From the NCBI GenBank assembly GCA_963806035.1, contig CAWDWO010000023.1, forward strand, positions 32,001 to 96,000: DNA of 64,000 bases, given 5' to 3'. Under the pieces are notes generated by a model. The model saw only the letters and a list, made by a program, of their open reading frames with translations. It was not told the origin of the DNA and ran no database searches. Made by a program: the position numbers and the translations under genes. This stretch comes from Candidatus Krumholzibacteriota bacterium (lineage in GTDB: Bacteria > Krumholzibacteriota > Krumholzibacteriia > JAJRXK01). This document shows positions 40,240-50,125 of this stretch, piece by piece. The first letter of the stretch is position 1. Each line of letters opens with the position of its first letter.

Positions 40240-41811
40240 ATGCAAAGGACGCTGGTCGGATGCGCCCTCGCGCTCTTCGCTTGCGGCCTGGGCGAAAAAC
40301 CGGCGGATTTCACGATGCTGGGGCGGGAGCCGGAGAGCCTGGACCCGGGTCTGTGCAGCGCGCAGCCGGGGGGACGCATCCTGAGCAACGCCTTCGAGGG
40401 ACTGTGCTCGAGAGATCCGGTCAGCCTGGCTCCGGGCCCCGGGGTCGCTCGCAGCTGGGAAATCGACGCCACCGGCACGCTCTACACCTTCCACCTGCGC
40501 GCCAATGCCCGCTGGAGCGACGGCAGGCCCGTGACGAGTCACGACTTCCAGTTCGCCTGGACCCGGCTCCTGACGCCCAGCACCGCCGCCCCCTACGCCG
40601 ATCTGCTGTACCCTTTGGTGGGAGCTCGCGCTTTCCACTCCGGCCAGAGCGAGGATCCTTCGAGCCTCGGCTTCAGCTGTCCCGACGACACCACCTTCGT
40701 GGTGCGGCTCTCCCACCCGGTCGCCTATTTCCTGGATCTCTGTGCCTACTATCCCCTGTTTCCGGTTCCCGCGTGGACGATCCAGGAGCACGGGGAACGC
40801 TGGACGCACCCGCAGTTCATCGTGAGCAACGGACCCTATCGAGTACAGAAGTGGCAGATCAACCGCCGAGTGCGACTGCTGCGCAATTCCCGCTATTGGG
40901 ACGCTTCACAAGTGGCTTTGCGGATCGTCGACATCATGCACGGTGACGACGCGAACAGCAGCTTCAACCGCTACGAGAGCGGAGAACTCGACTGGGTCGA
41001 TTCGGAGGGGATTCCCCCCACCGTGATTCAGCAAATCTCGTCCCGCCCCGACTTCCACCGGGGGCCGTACCTCAACACCTACTTTCTGCGCTTCTGCGTG
41101 AAGTCGCCGCCGATGGACGATCCTCGCGTACGCAAAGCCTTCGCTCTGGCCGTGAACGCGGAAGCGATCACCGAGCACGTGACGCGAGGGGGGCAGATTC
41201 CCGCGCACAGTCTGGTTCCTCCGGGACTTCCCGGTTACGACGAGGTTCATCTGGAAGGTTATCAGCCCGAGCGCGCGCGTGAACTCCTGGCCCAAGCGGG
41301 CTATCCCGGCGGCAAGGGTTTCCCCAAGGTCACCTACCTCTACAACACGAGCGAGGCGCACCGTCAGGTCGCGGTGGTGCTTCAACAGCAGTGGAAACGC
41401 GTGCTCGGGGTTCAGGTGGAGTTGCGCAACATGGAGTGGAAGGTGTTCATGGCGAAGACACGCGCCGAGGAGTACCAGATCGCGCGCGGCGGCTGGATCG
41501 GCGACTATCTCGATCCCAATACTTTCCTCTCGATCTGGAGTTCGGGGAACGGCAACAATCGCACTGGATTTTCTTCCACCCGTTACGACAGCCTGCTGAC
41601 ACTTGCCGCCGACGAACTCGATTCCGCACGTCGCATGAAGATCCTGCACGAGTGTGAGCGCATCGTCACCTCGCAGGAGTGCATCATCGTGCCCATCTAT
41701 TACTACGTCGTCACCAACCTGTACGACGCCGACAAGTGGAGTGGCCTCGAACCCAATTTGCTCAACGCAGTGCAGTTGAAGTACGTCTCGCGCGCGGGGG
41801 GTGCGCCGTGA
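40240..41811 (+). CDS. oppA: Oligopeptide ABC transporter substrate-binding lipoprotein
   Basis: Lipobox LFAC; EPESLDP, ARWSDGRPVTSHDF, SNGPY, GWIGDYLDP. Confidence 0.92.
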   Translation: MQRTLVGCALALFACGLGEKPADFTMLGREPESLDPGLCSAQPGGRILSNAFEGLCSRDPVSLAPGPGVARSWEIDATGTLYTFHLRANARWSDGRPVTSHDFQFAWTRLLTPSTAAPYADLLYPLVGARAFHSGQSEDPSSLGFSCPDDTTFVVRLSHPVAYFLDLCAYYPLFPVPAWTIQEHGERWTHPQFIVSNGPYRVQKWQINRRVRLLRNSRYWDASQVALRIVDIMHGDDANSSFNRYESGELDWVDSEGIPPTVIQQISSRPDFHRGPYLNTYFLRFCVKSPPMDDPRVRKAFALAVNAEAITEHVTRGGQIPAHSLVPPGLPGYDEVHLEGYQPERARELLAQAGYPGGKGFPKVTYLYNTSEAHRQVAVVLQQQWKRVLGVQVELRNMEWKVFMAKTRAEEYQIARGGWIGDYLDPNTFLSIWSSGNGNNRTGFSSTRYDSLLTLAADELDSARRMKILHECERIVTSQECIIVPIYYYVVTNLYDADKWSGLEPNLLNAVQLKYVSRAGGAP

Positions 41812-42726
41812 TGCGCTTTCTTTTGCGGCGCCTGCTCTCGCTCATCCCCCTGCTCGCCGCCATCATCGTGGTCAGTTTTTTCTTCATGCGCCTGGCTCCC
41901 GGGGGGCCCTTCGACCTCGAGCGCGAACTCGACCCCACGGTGAAAGCTCGAATGCAGGCCCGCTATGGATTGGACCGGCCCCTCAGTGAACAGCTTTGGG
42001 TCTACGGAAAGGGCCTTCTGCAGGGCGATCTGGGCCCCTCGTTTCGTTATCCGGGCTGGTCGGTGCGAGAGATCATCGCACAGGCGCTGCCCGTCTCCCT
42101 CACTCTCGGGATTCTTCGCGCTTTTGGTCGCATTGTTCACCGGGATTCCCTTGGGGGTCATTGCCGCGATTCATCGCAACGGATGGCCGGATCATTTCGC
42201 CACCGGCTTCGCGTTGCTCGGCATTTGCATTCCGAATTTCGTGTTGGGCCCGCTCCTCATCCTACTCTTCGTGTTCCAGCTCGGTTGGTTCCCGGTGGGA
42301 GGGTTCGGAACGCTTCAACAACTCGTGCTTCCCGCGATCACCCTGGGAGCGATCCGCGCAGCCTACGTCGCGCGCTTGACCCGCGTGGGAATGATCGAGG
42401 TGCTCTCGCGTGACTTCATCCGCACCGCCAGAGCCAAGGGACTGGGCGAACCGGTCGTCGTCACCAAGCACGCACTGCGGGTGGCCATCCTGCCGGTCCT
42501 CAGTTACTTGGGCCCCGCCGCTGCGTCCATTCTGGTGGGCAGCGTGGTGGTGGAGAAGATCTTCAGCATTCCCGGACTCGGTACTTTCTTCGTCAACAGC
42601 GCGCTGAACCGCGACTACACCCTGGCCATGGGCACGGTCCTCCTCTACAGCACTCTGCTCATCGGGCTCAACCTCCTCGTCGACCTGCTCTACTCGGCCC
42701 TCGATCCCCGCATGGAGTTGCGATGA
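41811..42726 (+). pseudogene. oppB: Oligopeptide ABC permease OppB with one frameshift near 42110 (possibly a sequencing error)
   Basis: MRFLLRRLL...APGGPF...LPVSLTLG in one frame; FFALLVALFTGIPLG...RTARAKGL...DPR in the next; one extra base at CTCGGGATTC. Confidence 0.85.
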
Positions 42727-43588
42727 GCCAGCGCAGTGACTCTCCCTTCCGGGATGCCTGGCGCCGACTGCGCCGTCATCGCGTGGCGGTGGTCAGCATT
42801 TGGGTTCTCTTGGCCATCGTGGTCATTGCGGTGGCCGGGCCGTTTCTGAGCCCGTACCCCTTCGACCGGCAGGACCTCCCCCACCAATTGCAAGCCCCCA
42901 GCCTCGGGCATCCCTTCGGAACCGACGCGGTGGGTCGTGACCTGATGACGCGGGTGATGCGGGGGGACGGATTAGCCTCGCGGTGGGCATCGTCGCCACT
43001 CTTGTGAGTCTGCTCATCGGGGTGAGTTGGGGGATGACCGCGGGCTGGCAGGGCGGAAAGACCGACGAGGCCATGATGCGATTCGTCGACTTGCTTTACT
43101 CCCTGCCGTTCATGTTCTTCGTGATTTTGCTGGTGGCTTTTTTTGGTCAGAGTCTCTTGCTACTCTTCTTGGCCCTGGGCGCCGTGCAATGGCTCACCAT
43201 GAGTCGCATCGTGCGCGGAGAGATGAAGCGCCTGCGCTCGAGTGAATTCGTGGAGGCTTGCATTGCCTTGGGATTGCCGCGGCACCGCATCTTCCTCAGG
43301 CATCTGCTTCCCAACATGTTGGGCCCCATTTTGGTCTATGCGACATTGACCGTGCCCTCCGTCATGCTCGAGGAGGCCTTCCTCTCCTTCTTGGGACTGG
43401 GAGTGCAGCCGCCCGACGCCTCCTGGGGTAGCCTGGCCAACGAGGGGGCCTCGGCAATCAACGCCCTGAACACGAACTGGTGGTTGATTCTCTTTCCCGG
43501 ACTCTTCCTGGGTCTGACCCTGCTGGCGCTCAATTTCCTGGGAGACGGGCTCCGCGATGCCTTCGATCCGGATTCTCGCAGCGCCTGA
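42723..43588 (+). pseudogene. oppC: Oligopeptide ABC permease OppC with one frameshift at G6 run 42961-42966 (possibly a sequencing error)
   Basis: HPFGTDAVGRDLMTRVMRG then frame change; adding one G restores GGRISLAVGI; ends NFLGDGLRDAFDP. Confidence 0.85.
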
Positions 43589-43666
43589 GTGAAGCCCTTT
43601 CTGGAGTCGGCGATCCTGGCTTCAAAGGGCCTGAGTGCAGCCACTTCCAGTAACAGCGACCCCCGA

Positions 43667-43797
43667 TTTGCGGTGCGCGGTTTGTGGTGCGCGGTTTGTG
43701 GTGCGCGGTTTGTGGCGCGCGGTTTGTGGCGCGCGGGTTGCGGTGCGCGGGCTGCGGTGCGCGGGCTGCGGTTTGCGGTTTGCGGTTTGCGGCGCGG
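43667..43797. repeat. Heptamer/14-mer tandem repeat (TTTGYGG-YGCGCGG)n, about 18 heptamers
   Basis: tttgcggtgcgcgg, tttgtggtgcgcgg x2, tttgtggcgcgcgg x2, gttgcggtgcgcgg, gctgcggtgcgcgg, gctgcgg, tttgcgg x3. Confidence 0.95.
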
Positions 43798-43809
43798 TTT
43801 GCCGTGCTC

Positions 43810-44724
43810 TCACTTCTCTTCGTCTTGGAAGAACAGACCTTGGAAGGTGAGTTGGAAATTCCTCGGGGCGTCCAGTGCGATGACCTTGGAGGGCAAGAGC
43901 ACTCCCTCCACATTCTTCCACATCTGGAAGATGATGGTCACTGAGGTATCGGTTTGGACTGGGTTGTCCATCCTGAATCCCAGCGGCAATCCGGACTTGT
44001 CGTCGAAATAGAGGTAGATCTTCGTGCCGTCTTCCGTATAGCCCAAGAGCTCCTGACTCTTGAGCGTGTGGAAGTCCGTCTCTTTGACCCAGCCAATGTT
44101 CTGCGCGAAGCTCTCAGGGTCGATCGCGATGCGCTGGAAGTCGTGGCTTCTCACCATCAGGGCCGTGCGGCGGCTGAGGGGCGTCCTGGTGCCGTCCTCG
44201 TGAACCGACCATGCACCCTCGGATGTGATGAGTGCCTCGAAAGGCTTCCTCCCTTCCAGCACGCGTCGATACCAAAATCTCCCGTCCGGAGGTGAACTGA
44301 TGTCGGTCTTGAAGCTCCCGTCGGGGCCGCTACCTGAGGCACGTCCTACGATGATCTTGTCCAGAGCCTCTTTGGTCACATGCGTTGCCGTACGCGCCCG
44401 CTCGAGCACCTTCTGCGCCTTCTGCTGTGCTTCCTTCGTTCGCGCCGCAGCCGCCTCTTCCTGGGCCTCCTTCGAAGGCCCCTGAGACCTCGCCACCGCC
44501 TGCGCGAAGTCGGGCAAATTTGCCGCGGACTGGCCCTTGGGAGCGGGTGTCTGCTCTGCAGACTGGCTCGTCGGAGCCGGTGGCTGCTGTGCAGATTGGG
44601 TGTCCCGCGCGGAGGACTCTTCCTTGGTGGACCTGGAGCAGCCGTAAAGCGGCGCGGCCAGAAGAAGGAGCAACAGGATCAGCGGAAGGCCCATCGACCC
44701 TCGTCTTGGCTCGCTGGCAAACAT
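43810..44724 (-). CDS. Hypothetical lipoprotein, possibly LolA-like beta fold
   Basis: Lipobox LYGC, Gln/Pro/Ala linker, C-terminal LYFDDKSGLP...WKNVEGVLLP. Confidence 0.7.
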   Translation of the reverse strand: MFASEPRRGSMGLPLILLLLLLAAPLYGCSRSTKEESSARDTQSAQQPPAPTSQSAEQTPAPKGQSAANLPDFAQAVARSQGPSKEAQEEAAAARTKEAQQKAQKVLERARTATHVTKEALDKIIVGRASGSGPDGSFKTDISSPPDGRFWYRRVLEGRKPFEALITSEGAWSVHEDGTRTPLSRRTALMVRSHDFQRIAIDPESFAQNIGWVKETDFHTLKSQELLGYTEDGTKIYLYFDDKSGLPLGFRMDNPVQTDTSVTIIFQMWKNVEGVLLPSKVIALDAPRNFQLTFQGLFFQDEEK

Positions 44725-44750
44725 GGGTCGTTCCTTCGGTGAGTGAACCA

Positions 44751-46259
44751 CTAGGCCTTCTTTGCCGCTGCTTCGGCGATGGAGTAAAAGAGACAGGCGC
44801 CGAATCCGGTCGCGCCCTTGGGCTCAGTCGGACGATTTTCCTCGGCCCAGACCATGCCCGCGATGTCCAGATGAGCCCAGCGCGCTCCCTTGGCGAAGCA
44901 GCTCAAGAAGCCGGCCGCGGTCGACGCGCCGCCGTCCCTGGGACCGGTGTTCTTCAAATCCGCGACATGACCCTTCATCTTCTGACGATGCAGATCGCTC
45001 AGGGGTAAACGCCACACCGCATCGCCGCTGAGTTTGGATGCCTCTTCGATGAGGTGAACCAGTTCATCGTCTTCGCTCATGAGACCGCAGGCGTATTCGC
45101 CCAGAGCCACCATGCAGGCGCCAGTCAGGGTTGCCGCGTCCACGATGAAATCGGGCTTCTGCTGTTTCGCATAGTGCAGCGCGTCCGCCAGCACGAGACG
45201 GCCCTCGGCATCGGTATTGTTCACCTCCACCGTCAGCCCGCTCATCATGCGCAGCAGATCTCCCGGTTTGATGGCCTTGCCACCGGGCATGTTCTCGGCC
45301 GCCGCGACATATCCCAGCACGTGCACCTTGGGCTTCAAGAGCGAGAGGATTTTGAACGCGCCCAACACCGCCCCGGCGCCCCCCATGTCGAACTTCATCT
45401 GGTCCATGTTCGCGGAGGGCTTGAGGCTGATTCCTCCGGAATCAAAAGTGATTCCCTTGCCAACGAACGCGATTTTGGGTGCGTTCTTGGGCAAACGCGT
45501 CGGCCTGTATTCCAGGGCGATGAACTGCACTGGCTCGGCGCTACCTTGCCCCACTCCGAGAAGTCCTCCCATGCCCTTGCGTTCACATTCTGCGGGTCCG
45601 AAGACCTTGCAACGCACGAGGGGAGAGCGAGCCAAGGTTCGCGCTTCTTTGGCCATGATGCGCGGCGTAAGTTCGTTGGAGGGGCGATTCACCAGTTCGC
45701 GCGTGAACAGCACGCCCTCGGCCATAGCATTGCCGCGGGCCGCTCCCTCGCTCAATGCAGCTTGAGAGTTCTTCGCCTCACAGAACAATCCAACCCGGCT
45801 CAAGGGAGCTTTCTTCCGCTCCTTCTCGTCGGTTTTGTAGAGCCCAGGATCGTAGCTGGCCAACACCAACGCACGGCAGCTCGCTTCCGCTGCTTCGAGG
45901 GCGTGCAACGAGCGCGAGGTGGGAATGAGGACCGCGGCCGATTTGATTCCCTGCGCCTGACAAGCGGACGCTGCGCTGCCCATTGCGTCCTTCAGGCCGG
46001 CCACGTCCAGCTTGGCCATGTCACCCAAACCGAGGAGCAGGATCTTCTTGGCGCCAGTGCGGGGTGCGGGCGCGAATGCGACTTCTTTGAGCTCTCCGCT
46101 GAATCCGCTCAGCTCCATCGTCTTGCTCAACGCGCCGCTGGTCCGCCGATCGAGCTCGGCCGCCGCTCCACGCAAACGCTTTCCGCCTGAATTCACGCCG
46201 ACGATCAAGACCTCGGCCTGGACCTCCTCCAGACCACCCTTTTTCACCGTGAAACGCAT
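44751..46259 (-). CDS. pepA: Leucyl aminopeptidase (M17)
   Basis: GKGITFDSGG, MKFDMGG, NTDAEGRL, ATLTGA. Confidence 0.96.
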   Translation of the reverse strand: MRFTVKKGGLEEVQAEVLIVGVNSGGKRLRGAAAELDRRTSGALSKTMELSGFSGELKEVAFAPAPRTGAKKILLLGLGDMAKLDVAGLKDAMGSAASACQAQGIKSAAVLIPTSRSLHALEAAEASCRALVLASYDPGLYKTDEKERKKAPLSRVGLFCEAKNSQAALSEGAARGNAMAEGVLFTRELVNRPSNELTPRIMAKEARTLARSPLVRCKVFGPAECERKGMGGLLGVGQGSAEPVQFIALEYRPTRLPKNAPKIAFVGKGITFDSGGISLKPSANMDQMKFDMGGAGAVLGAFKILSLLKPKVHVLGYVAAAENMPGGKAIKPGDLLRMMSGLTVEVNNTDAEGRLVLADALHYAKQQKPDFIVDAATLTGACMVALGEYACGLMSEDDELVHLIEEASKLSGDAVWRLPLSDLHRQKMKGHVADLKNTGPRDGGASTAAGFLSCFAKGARWAHLDIAGMVWAEENRPTEPKGATGFGACLFYSIAEAAAKKA

Positions 46260-46367
46260 TGAATCCCTCTCCGAGCCGGTCCCCGGCTTCCGCTAGAACC
46301 TAGAGTTTTCGTCGCCTGAAAATGGATGGGGTATTGTTTCACCTCCATGATGCGCTGGCAAGCTTTT

Positions 46368-47625
46368 GGTTCTGTCTCCGAAATTGTTCTTGGCTGTGGT
46401 GTAGCTCCTGCTGGGATTGCAGATGCAGAAGACGACGCGGCCTGCGGCCCCTCTCCCCTCAAAATGCGTACTTCAGCCGATGCGCCTGGTTGCGCGGGTA
46501 CTCGCGCGTGCGCACCTCCCGCCGATAGTAGAGCTGCCAGCGCGCAGGGAGTTTGATCCGCCCCGGAAACAGCCGTCTGCGAAAGATCTCCCCAAACGAG
46601 AGAGGGCGATCGATTAGCCCCTTCAGCATCGCCGGAGTCTCCGGCGGTCCGTTCACCCGTCGACGGTGCATGAAGTTTCTCCATACTTGCAAGAGCGTGA
46701 GTTTCTCCGCACTCGCCTGGCGGCGCTTGGAGGCCGCGATCGTCTCGCGTTTGTGGTTGCTCTGTGCATGGCGAATCCACAGATCCAGCAAATTGATTTC
46801 GTAAAGTGGATTGTGTTGGGTGCGCCGCTTCTTCGAGTTCGTCACGCGGTGAGCGACGCTCGGCGCTAGCTTGCGGATTGCCTGCACGTAAGCACGATGC
46901 TCGTCGCTGTGGACGATGGCTCGCTCCAGTCCCTCGAGGGATACCGCCAGCAGCTCCTGGACGTCCTTGCGGGTGGCCTGGGGATCCGGCCGGCCGATGC
47001 GTTCCTCGATCCTCTGCCGCTTCTTCCGCTGATAAGCGGTCATTCTCCCACTGCGGCGCAGCTCGCTCTCGGTGTGATAGAGCACGAAACTCGTGTCCTT
47101 CTCCACCGCCACGTGGTGCTCGATGGGATGGTACTGGCTGTACTCGAAGCTGCGCAGTCCATCGATCACCACCGGACCGCGTGCCTTCACTCCCCGCAGT
47201 TTGGCCGTTTGCCACAACATGGCATGACGGGCGAGGCGAGCGATGTGTTCGGAGATGGTCTGCGGGCTCGCTTTCAGGGTGCGAGCGATTTGGCGAGTGG
47301 CCATGCAGCCCAGGCTGAGCAGAAAGACTTGCTTGGTGAGCTCGGGGCGCTTTTGCCAGTAACTCAGAGAAAACGTCTGGCTGGAAAAGTTGACACCACA
47401 TGTCCGGCACTGGAAACGTTGGACACGTCTTTGGTCCGAGGGGCGCGTATAGAAACCCTTACGGACATAGCGCCAGTGGGGCGCGGTGTCGGGCAAGTCC
47501 TTGTGGTACTTGCAGCTGGAATTGGGACAGTGGGGAGGCCCCCAACCCAGCCTGCGTGTCGGGTCCGTGGCCATGCCACCCCGTCACGCAGGCTTCGGGC
47601 CAGGAACAATTTCGGAGACAGAACC
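46368..47625 (-). mobile_element. Insertion sequence (IS1/IS1595-like), 1258 bp, 27-bp terminal inverted repeats
   Basis: 46368-46394 GGTTCTGTCTCCGAAATTGTTCTTGGC matches the reverse complement of 47599-47625 at 26/27 positions; encloses a transposase. Confidence 0.9.
46459..47574 (-). CDS. Transposase (Zn ribbon + HTH + DDE-like)
   Basis: CPNSSC...QRFQCRTC, HTH ATRQIARTL, VVIDG, VHSDEHRAY, ETPAM; inside IRs. Confidence 0.88.
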   Translation of the reverse strand: MATDPTRRLGWGPPHCPNSSCKYHKDLPDTAPHWRYVRKGFYTRPSDQRRVQRFQCRTCGVNFSSQTFSLSYWQKRPELTKQVFLLSLGCMATRQIARTLKASPQTISEHIARLARHAMLWQTAKLRGVKARGPVVIDGLRSFEYSQYHPIEHHVAVEKDTSFVLYHTESELRRSGRMTAYQRKKRQRIEERIGRPDPQATRKDVQELLAVSLEGLERAIVHSDEHRAYVQAIRKLAPSVAHRVTNSKKRRTQHNPLYEINLLDLWIRHAQSNHKRETIAASKRRQASAEKLTLLQVWRNFMHRRRVNGPPETPAMLKGLIDRPLSFGEIFRRRLFPGRIKLPARWQLYYRREVRTREYPRNQAHRLKYAF

Positions 47626-47960
47626 TAAACTTTGAATGATGAGCCGCAGCCACACGTCCCCGTCGCATTGGGATTCTCGAAGACGAAACCCTTGCCATTG
47701 AGGCCACTGGAGAAATCGAGCGTGAGACCGTGAAGGAAGAGCAAGCTCTTGTTGTCCACGACGATCTTGACGCCCTCCCCCTCGTGCATGAACACCTCGT
47801 CACCCTCACGCAGAGCGTCCTCCCAGGCAAGCTTGTAGCTCAGACCCGAACAACCACCACCCTGCACCGCAACGCGCAGATAGTTGGTGGCGGGATCGCG
47901 CTTTTCCTCGGTCAAATTGGTGAGGATGGCCTTGGCGGCATTGTCTGTGATGTGAACCAT
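47625..47960 (-). CDS. iscA: A-type Fe-S carrier (IscA/HesB)
   Basis: GGGCSGLSY, NPNATGTCGCGSSF. Confidence 0.95.
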   Translation of the reverse strand: MVHITDNAAKAILTNLTEEKRDPATNYLRVAVQGGGCSGLSYKLAWEDALREGDEVFMHEGEGVKIVVDNKSLLFLHGLTLDFSSGLNGKGFVFENPNATGTCGCGSSFKV

Positions 47961-47985
47961 GAATTCTCCTCTACCGGATGCCCTC

Positions 47986-49149
47986 TCATCCACCCCGGCT
48001 GTCATGCCGCGAGAATGAACGGAGTGCCTCCACTTTCGTCACGAGTGCGTCGCACACGGCATCGATTTCTTCGATCGTGTTGTCTTTCCCGATGCCGAAT
48101 CGAATGCTGGCATGAGCTTCATCGGGACTCAAACCCAATGCCAGCAAGACGGAGCTGGGGCTGTGCTCCGTCGAGGAACAGGCGGAACCGGTGCTCGCTG
48201 CGACTTCGCGCAGCTCCAGGAGCAGGGCTTCGGCCTCCACCCCACGAATACAGACGTTCAAGTTGCCGGGCAAGCGATCTCGAAGGCTCCCGTTGATGCC
48301 GAGATCCTCGATTTCCCGGCGCAAGCGCTGCAAAAGATGGTCCCGCAGCACCTGCACGTGCTCCCTTCTCGCCCTCTCCTCCGCCTTGGCCAGAGCGCAC
48401 GCCTCGCCCAAACCCACGATGAGGGGCACTGGCAGAGTGCCAGGTCGCAATCCATCCTGATGCCCCCCGCCGTAGAGGAGTGGCTGCAGATGAATGCGCG
48501 GCTTGCGGCGGCGTACAACCAGCGCGCCGATGCCTTTGGGTCCGTAGATCTTGTGAGCGGTCAGGGAGAGCATGTCGACGGTGTCAGCGTTTACCGGGAT
48601 GCGCCCCACTGCTTGCACTGCGTCGCTGTGCAGCACCACGCCGCGTTCTTTGCAGACGGCGGAGATTTCCTCGATGGGCTGGATCGTGCCGATCTCGTTG
48701 TTGGCCCACATCACGCTGCACAGCACGGTGTCGTCCCGTAGGGTGGCCTTCAACTCGGCCGCACTCACTCGCCCGTCGGAATCGACGCCGAGTACGCTCA
48801 GTTCGGCTCCGCGCTTCTCGAGCTGACGCAACGCATCCAGTACCGCAGGGTGTTCGATCGCGCTGGTCACGAAGTGGCGGCCTCGGTGAGCCAGCCGCGG
48901 AGCGCTGCCCAAGATCGCGAGGTTGTCCGCCTCGGTCGCGCCGCTGGTGAAGGTAATTTCACCCGGTTTGCAGCGGATGAGCTCGGCGACCTGCGCGCGC
49001 GCCTTCTCGATCGCCTCCTTCGCTTCCCAGCCGAAGATGTGGGCGCTGGCGGAGTTGCCGAAGGCACGGTCCCAATAGGGGGCCATGGCCTCGACGACCC
49101 TCGGGTCGACCGGCGTGGTAGCGTGATGATCGAGATATGCGCGCGCCAT
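47986..49149 (-). CDS. iscS: Cysteine desulfurase (IscS/NifS type)
   Basis: YLDHHATTP, FTSGATE, AHKIYGPKG, STGSAC. Confidence 0.95.
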   Translation of the reverse strand: MARAYLDHHATTPVDPRVVEAMAPYWDRAFGNSASAHIFGWEAKEAIEKARAQVAELIRCKPGEITFTSGATEADNLAILGSAPRLAHRGRHFVTSAIEHPAVLDALRQLEKRGAELSVLGVDSDGRVSAAELKATLRDDTVLCSVMWANNEIGTIQPIEEISAVCKERGVVLHSDAVQAVGRIPVNADTVDMLSLTAHKIYGPKGIGALVVRRRKPRIHLQPLLYGGGHQDGLRPGTLPVPLIVGLGEACALAKAEERARREHVQVLRDHLLQRLRREIEDLGINGSLRDRLPGNLNVCIRGVEAEALLLELREVAASTGSACSSTEHSPSSVLLALGLSPDEAHASIRFGIGKDNTIEEIDAVCDALVTKVEALRSFSRHDSRGG

Positions 49150-49311
49150 CTCCAATCCCTTCAATCCGGGTGCTGTGCATCAAGATACCGTGCTTGCCCC
49201 GCGCGGCAAGGCTGCCGCCTCGCCCGGCGAGCCGGTCAGCGGCCTGGGTCCTTGGAACTCTTCGTTTTCAGAGCTGGCAGAAGCCACAGCCCCTTTTTAA
49301 TGATGTAGCCC

Positions 49312-50118
49312 ATGGAGCAACCCGCCTCATCCTCCTCTCGGCAAGACGACCGGTTCCAGCTTCTCGGAGATTTGGGACCCGAACGTCTTCTAAGTCTGCG
49401 CGGATCCGACTCCGTCGATCTGCTGCAGCGAATCTCCGCCTCCAACTTCCACGATCGCGCCGAGGGAGAGGTCTTCTGGACCCTCTTCACCAACGCCAAG
49501 GGACGTATCGTGGATCTCGCGCTGGCAAGTGAGTGTGCGAAAGAGGTGTTGCTCTTGGCCGGCGAGGGCCACGGGGAGCTCCTGCGAGAGTGGATTGAAT
49601 CCTTCATCATCACCGAGGATGTAAAGCTCGCCGTGGGACGAGATGCCCTGCCCCCCCTGGATACGCAAGAAGGAGACCCCGCCCGCAAGCTCCTTGAAAC
49701 CGCCCACCACGCGCGACAGGAAGAACGACAGGAGCTGCAAGCCATCCAGCGCGGCCGCTTCCGGCCCGGCCTCGACCTGGACGAACGCTTCAACCCCCTG
49801 GAGGTCGGACTGGAGCAGCTAGTGGCCTGGGACAAGGGCTGCTACATCGGCCAGGAGGTCGTGGCGCGCTTGAAGAACTACGACAAGGTCCGCCGCACGC
49901 CAGCTGTTCTTGCCGCCGCCACGAGCGCGCGCTCCGAGGGAGAGCTGAAAGACGATCAGCGGGTTCGCGGTCAACTGGTGCGCACGGCCCTCCAAATCGA
50001 ACCTCCGCGCAGAATCGCACTGGCCGTGGTAGAGAAGAGCCTTCAGCAAGGCGCCGTCCTCTTGGATGAAGACGGCGCGGAGTGGCAACTCATTTCGCGC
50101 CCGGAGGGGGCGCTCTGA
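49312..50118 (+). CDS. ygfZ: YgfZ/GcvT-like folate-binding Fe-S repair protein
   Basis: KGCYIGQEVVAR signature; divergent from iscS. Confidence 0.9.
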   Translation: MEQPASSSSRQDDRFQLLGDLGPERLLSLRGSDSVDLLQRISASNFHDRAEGEVFWTLFTNAKGRIVDLALASECAKEVLLLAGEGHGELLREWIESFIITEDVKLAVGRDALPPLDTQEGDPARKLLETAHHARQEERQELQAIQRGRFRPGLDLDERFNPLEVGLEQLVAWDKGCYIGQEVVARLKNYDKVRRTPAVLAAATSARSEGELKDDQRVRGQLVRTALQIEPPRRIALAVVEKSLQQGAVLLDEDGAEWQLISRPEGAL

Positions 50119-50125
50119 AGAGAGT

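Noticed and set aside
43667..43797. Repeat array as a CRISPR
   Set aside because: Contiguous 7/14-bp units with no spacers and no cas genes
43589..44011. Cys/Arg-rich ORFs spanning the tandem repeat
   Set aside because: Translations of the DNA repeat; open in several frames only because the repeat lacks stops
46355..47635. Target-site duplication around the IS
   Set aside because: Flanks AAGCTTTT and TAAACTTT are not identical at any 4-10 bp length adjacent to the IRs
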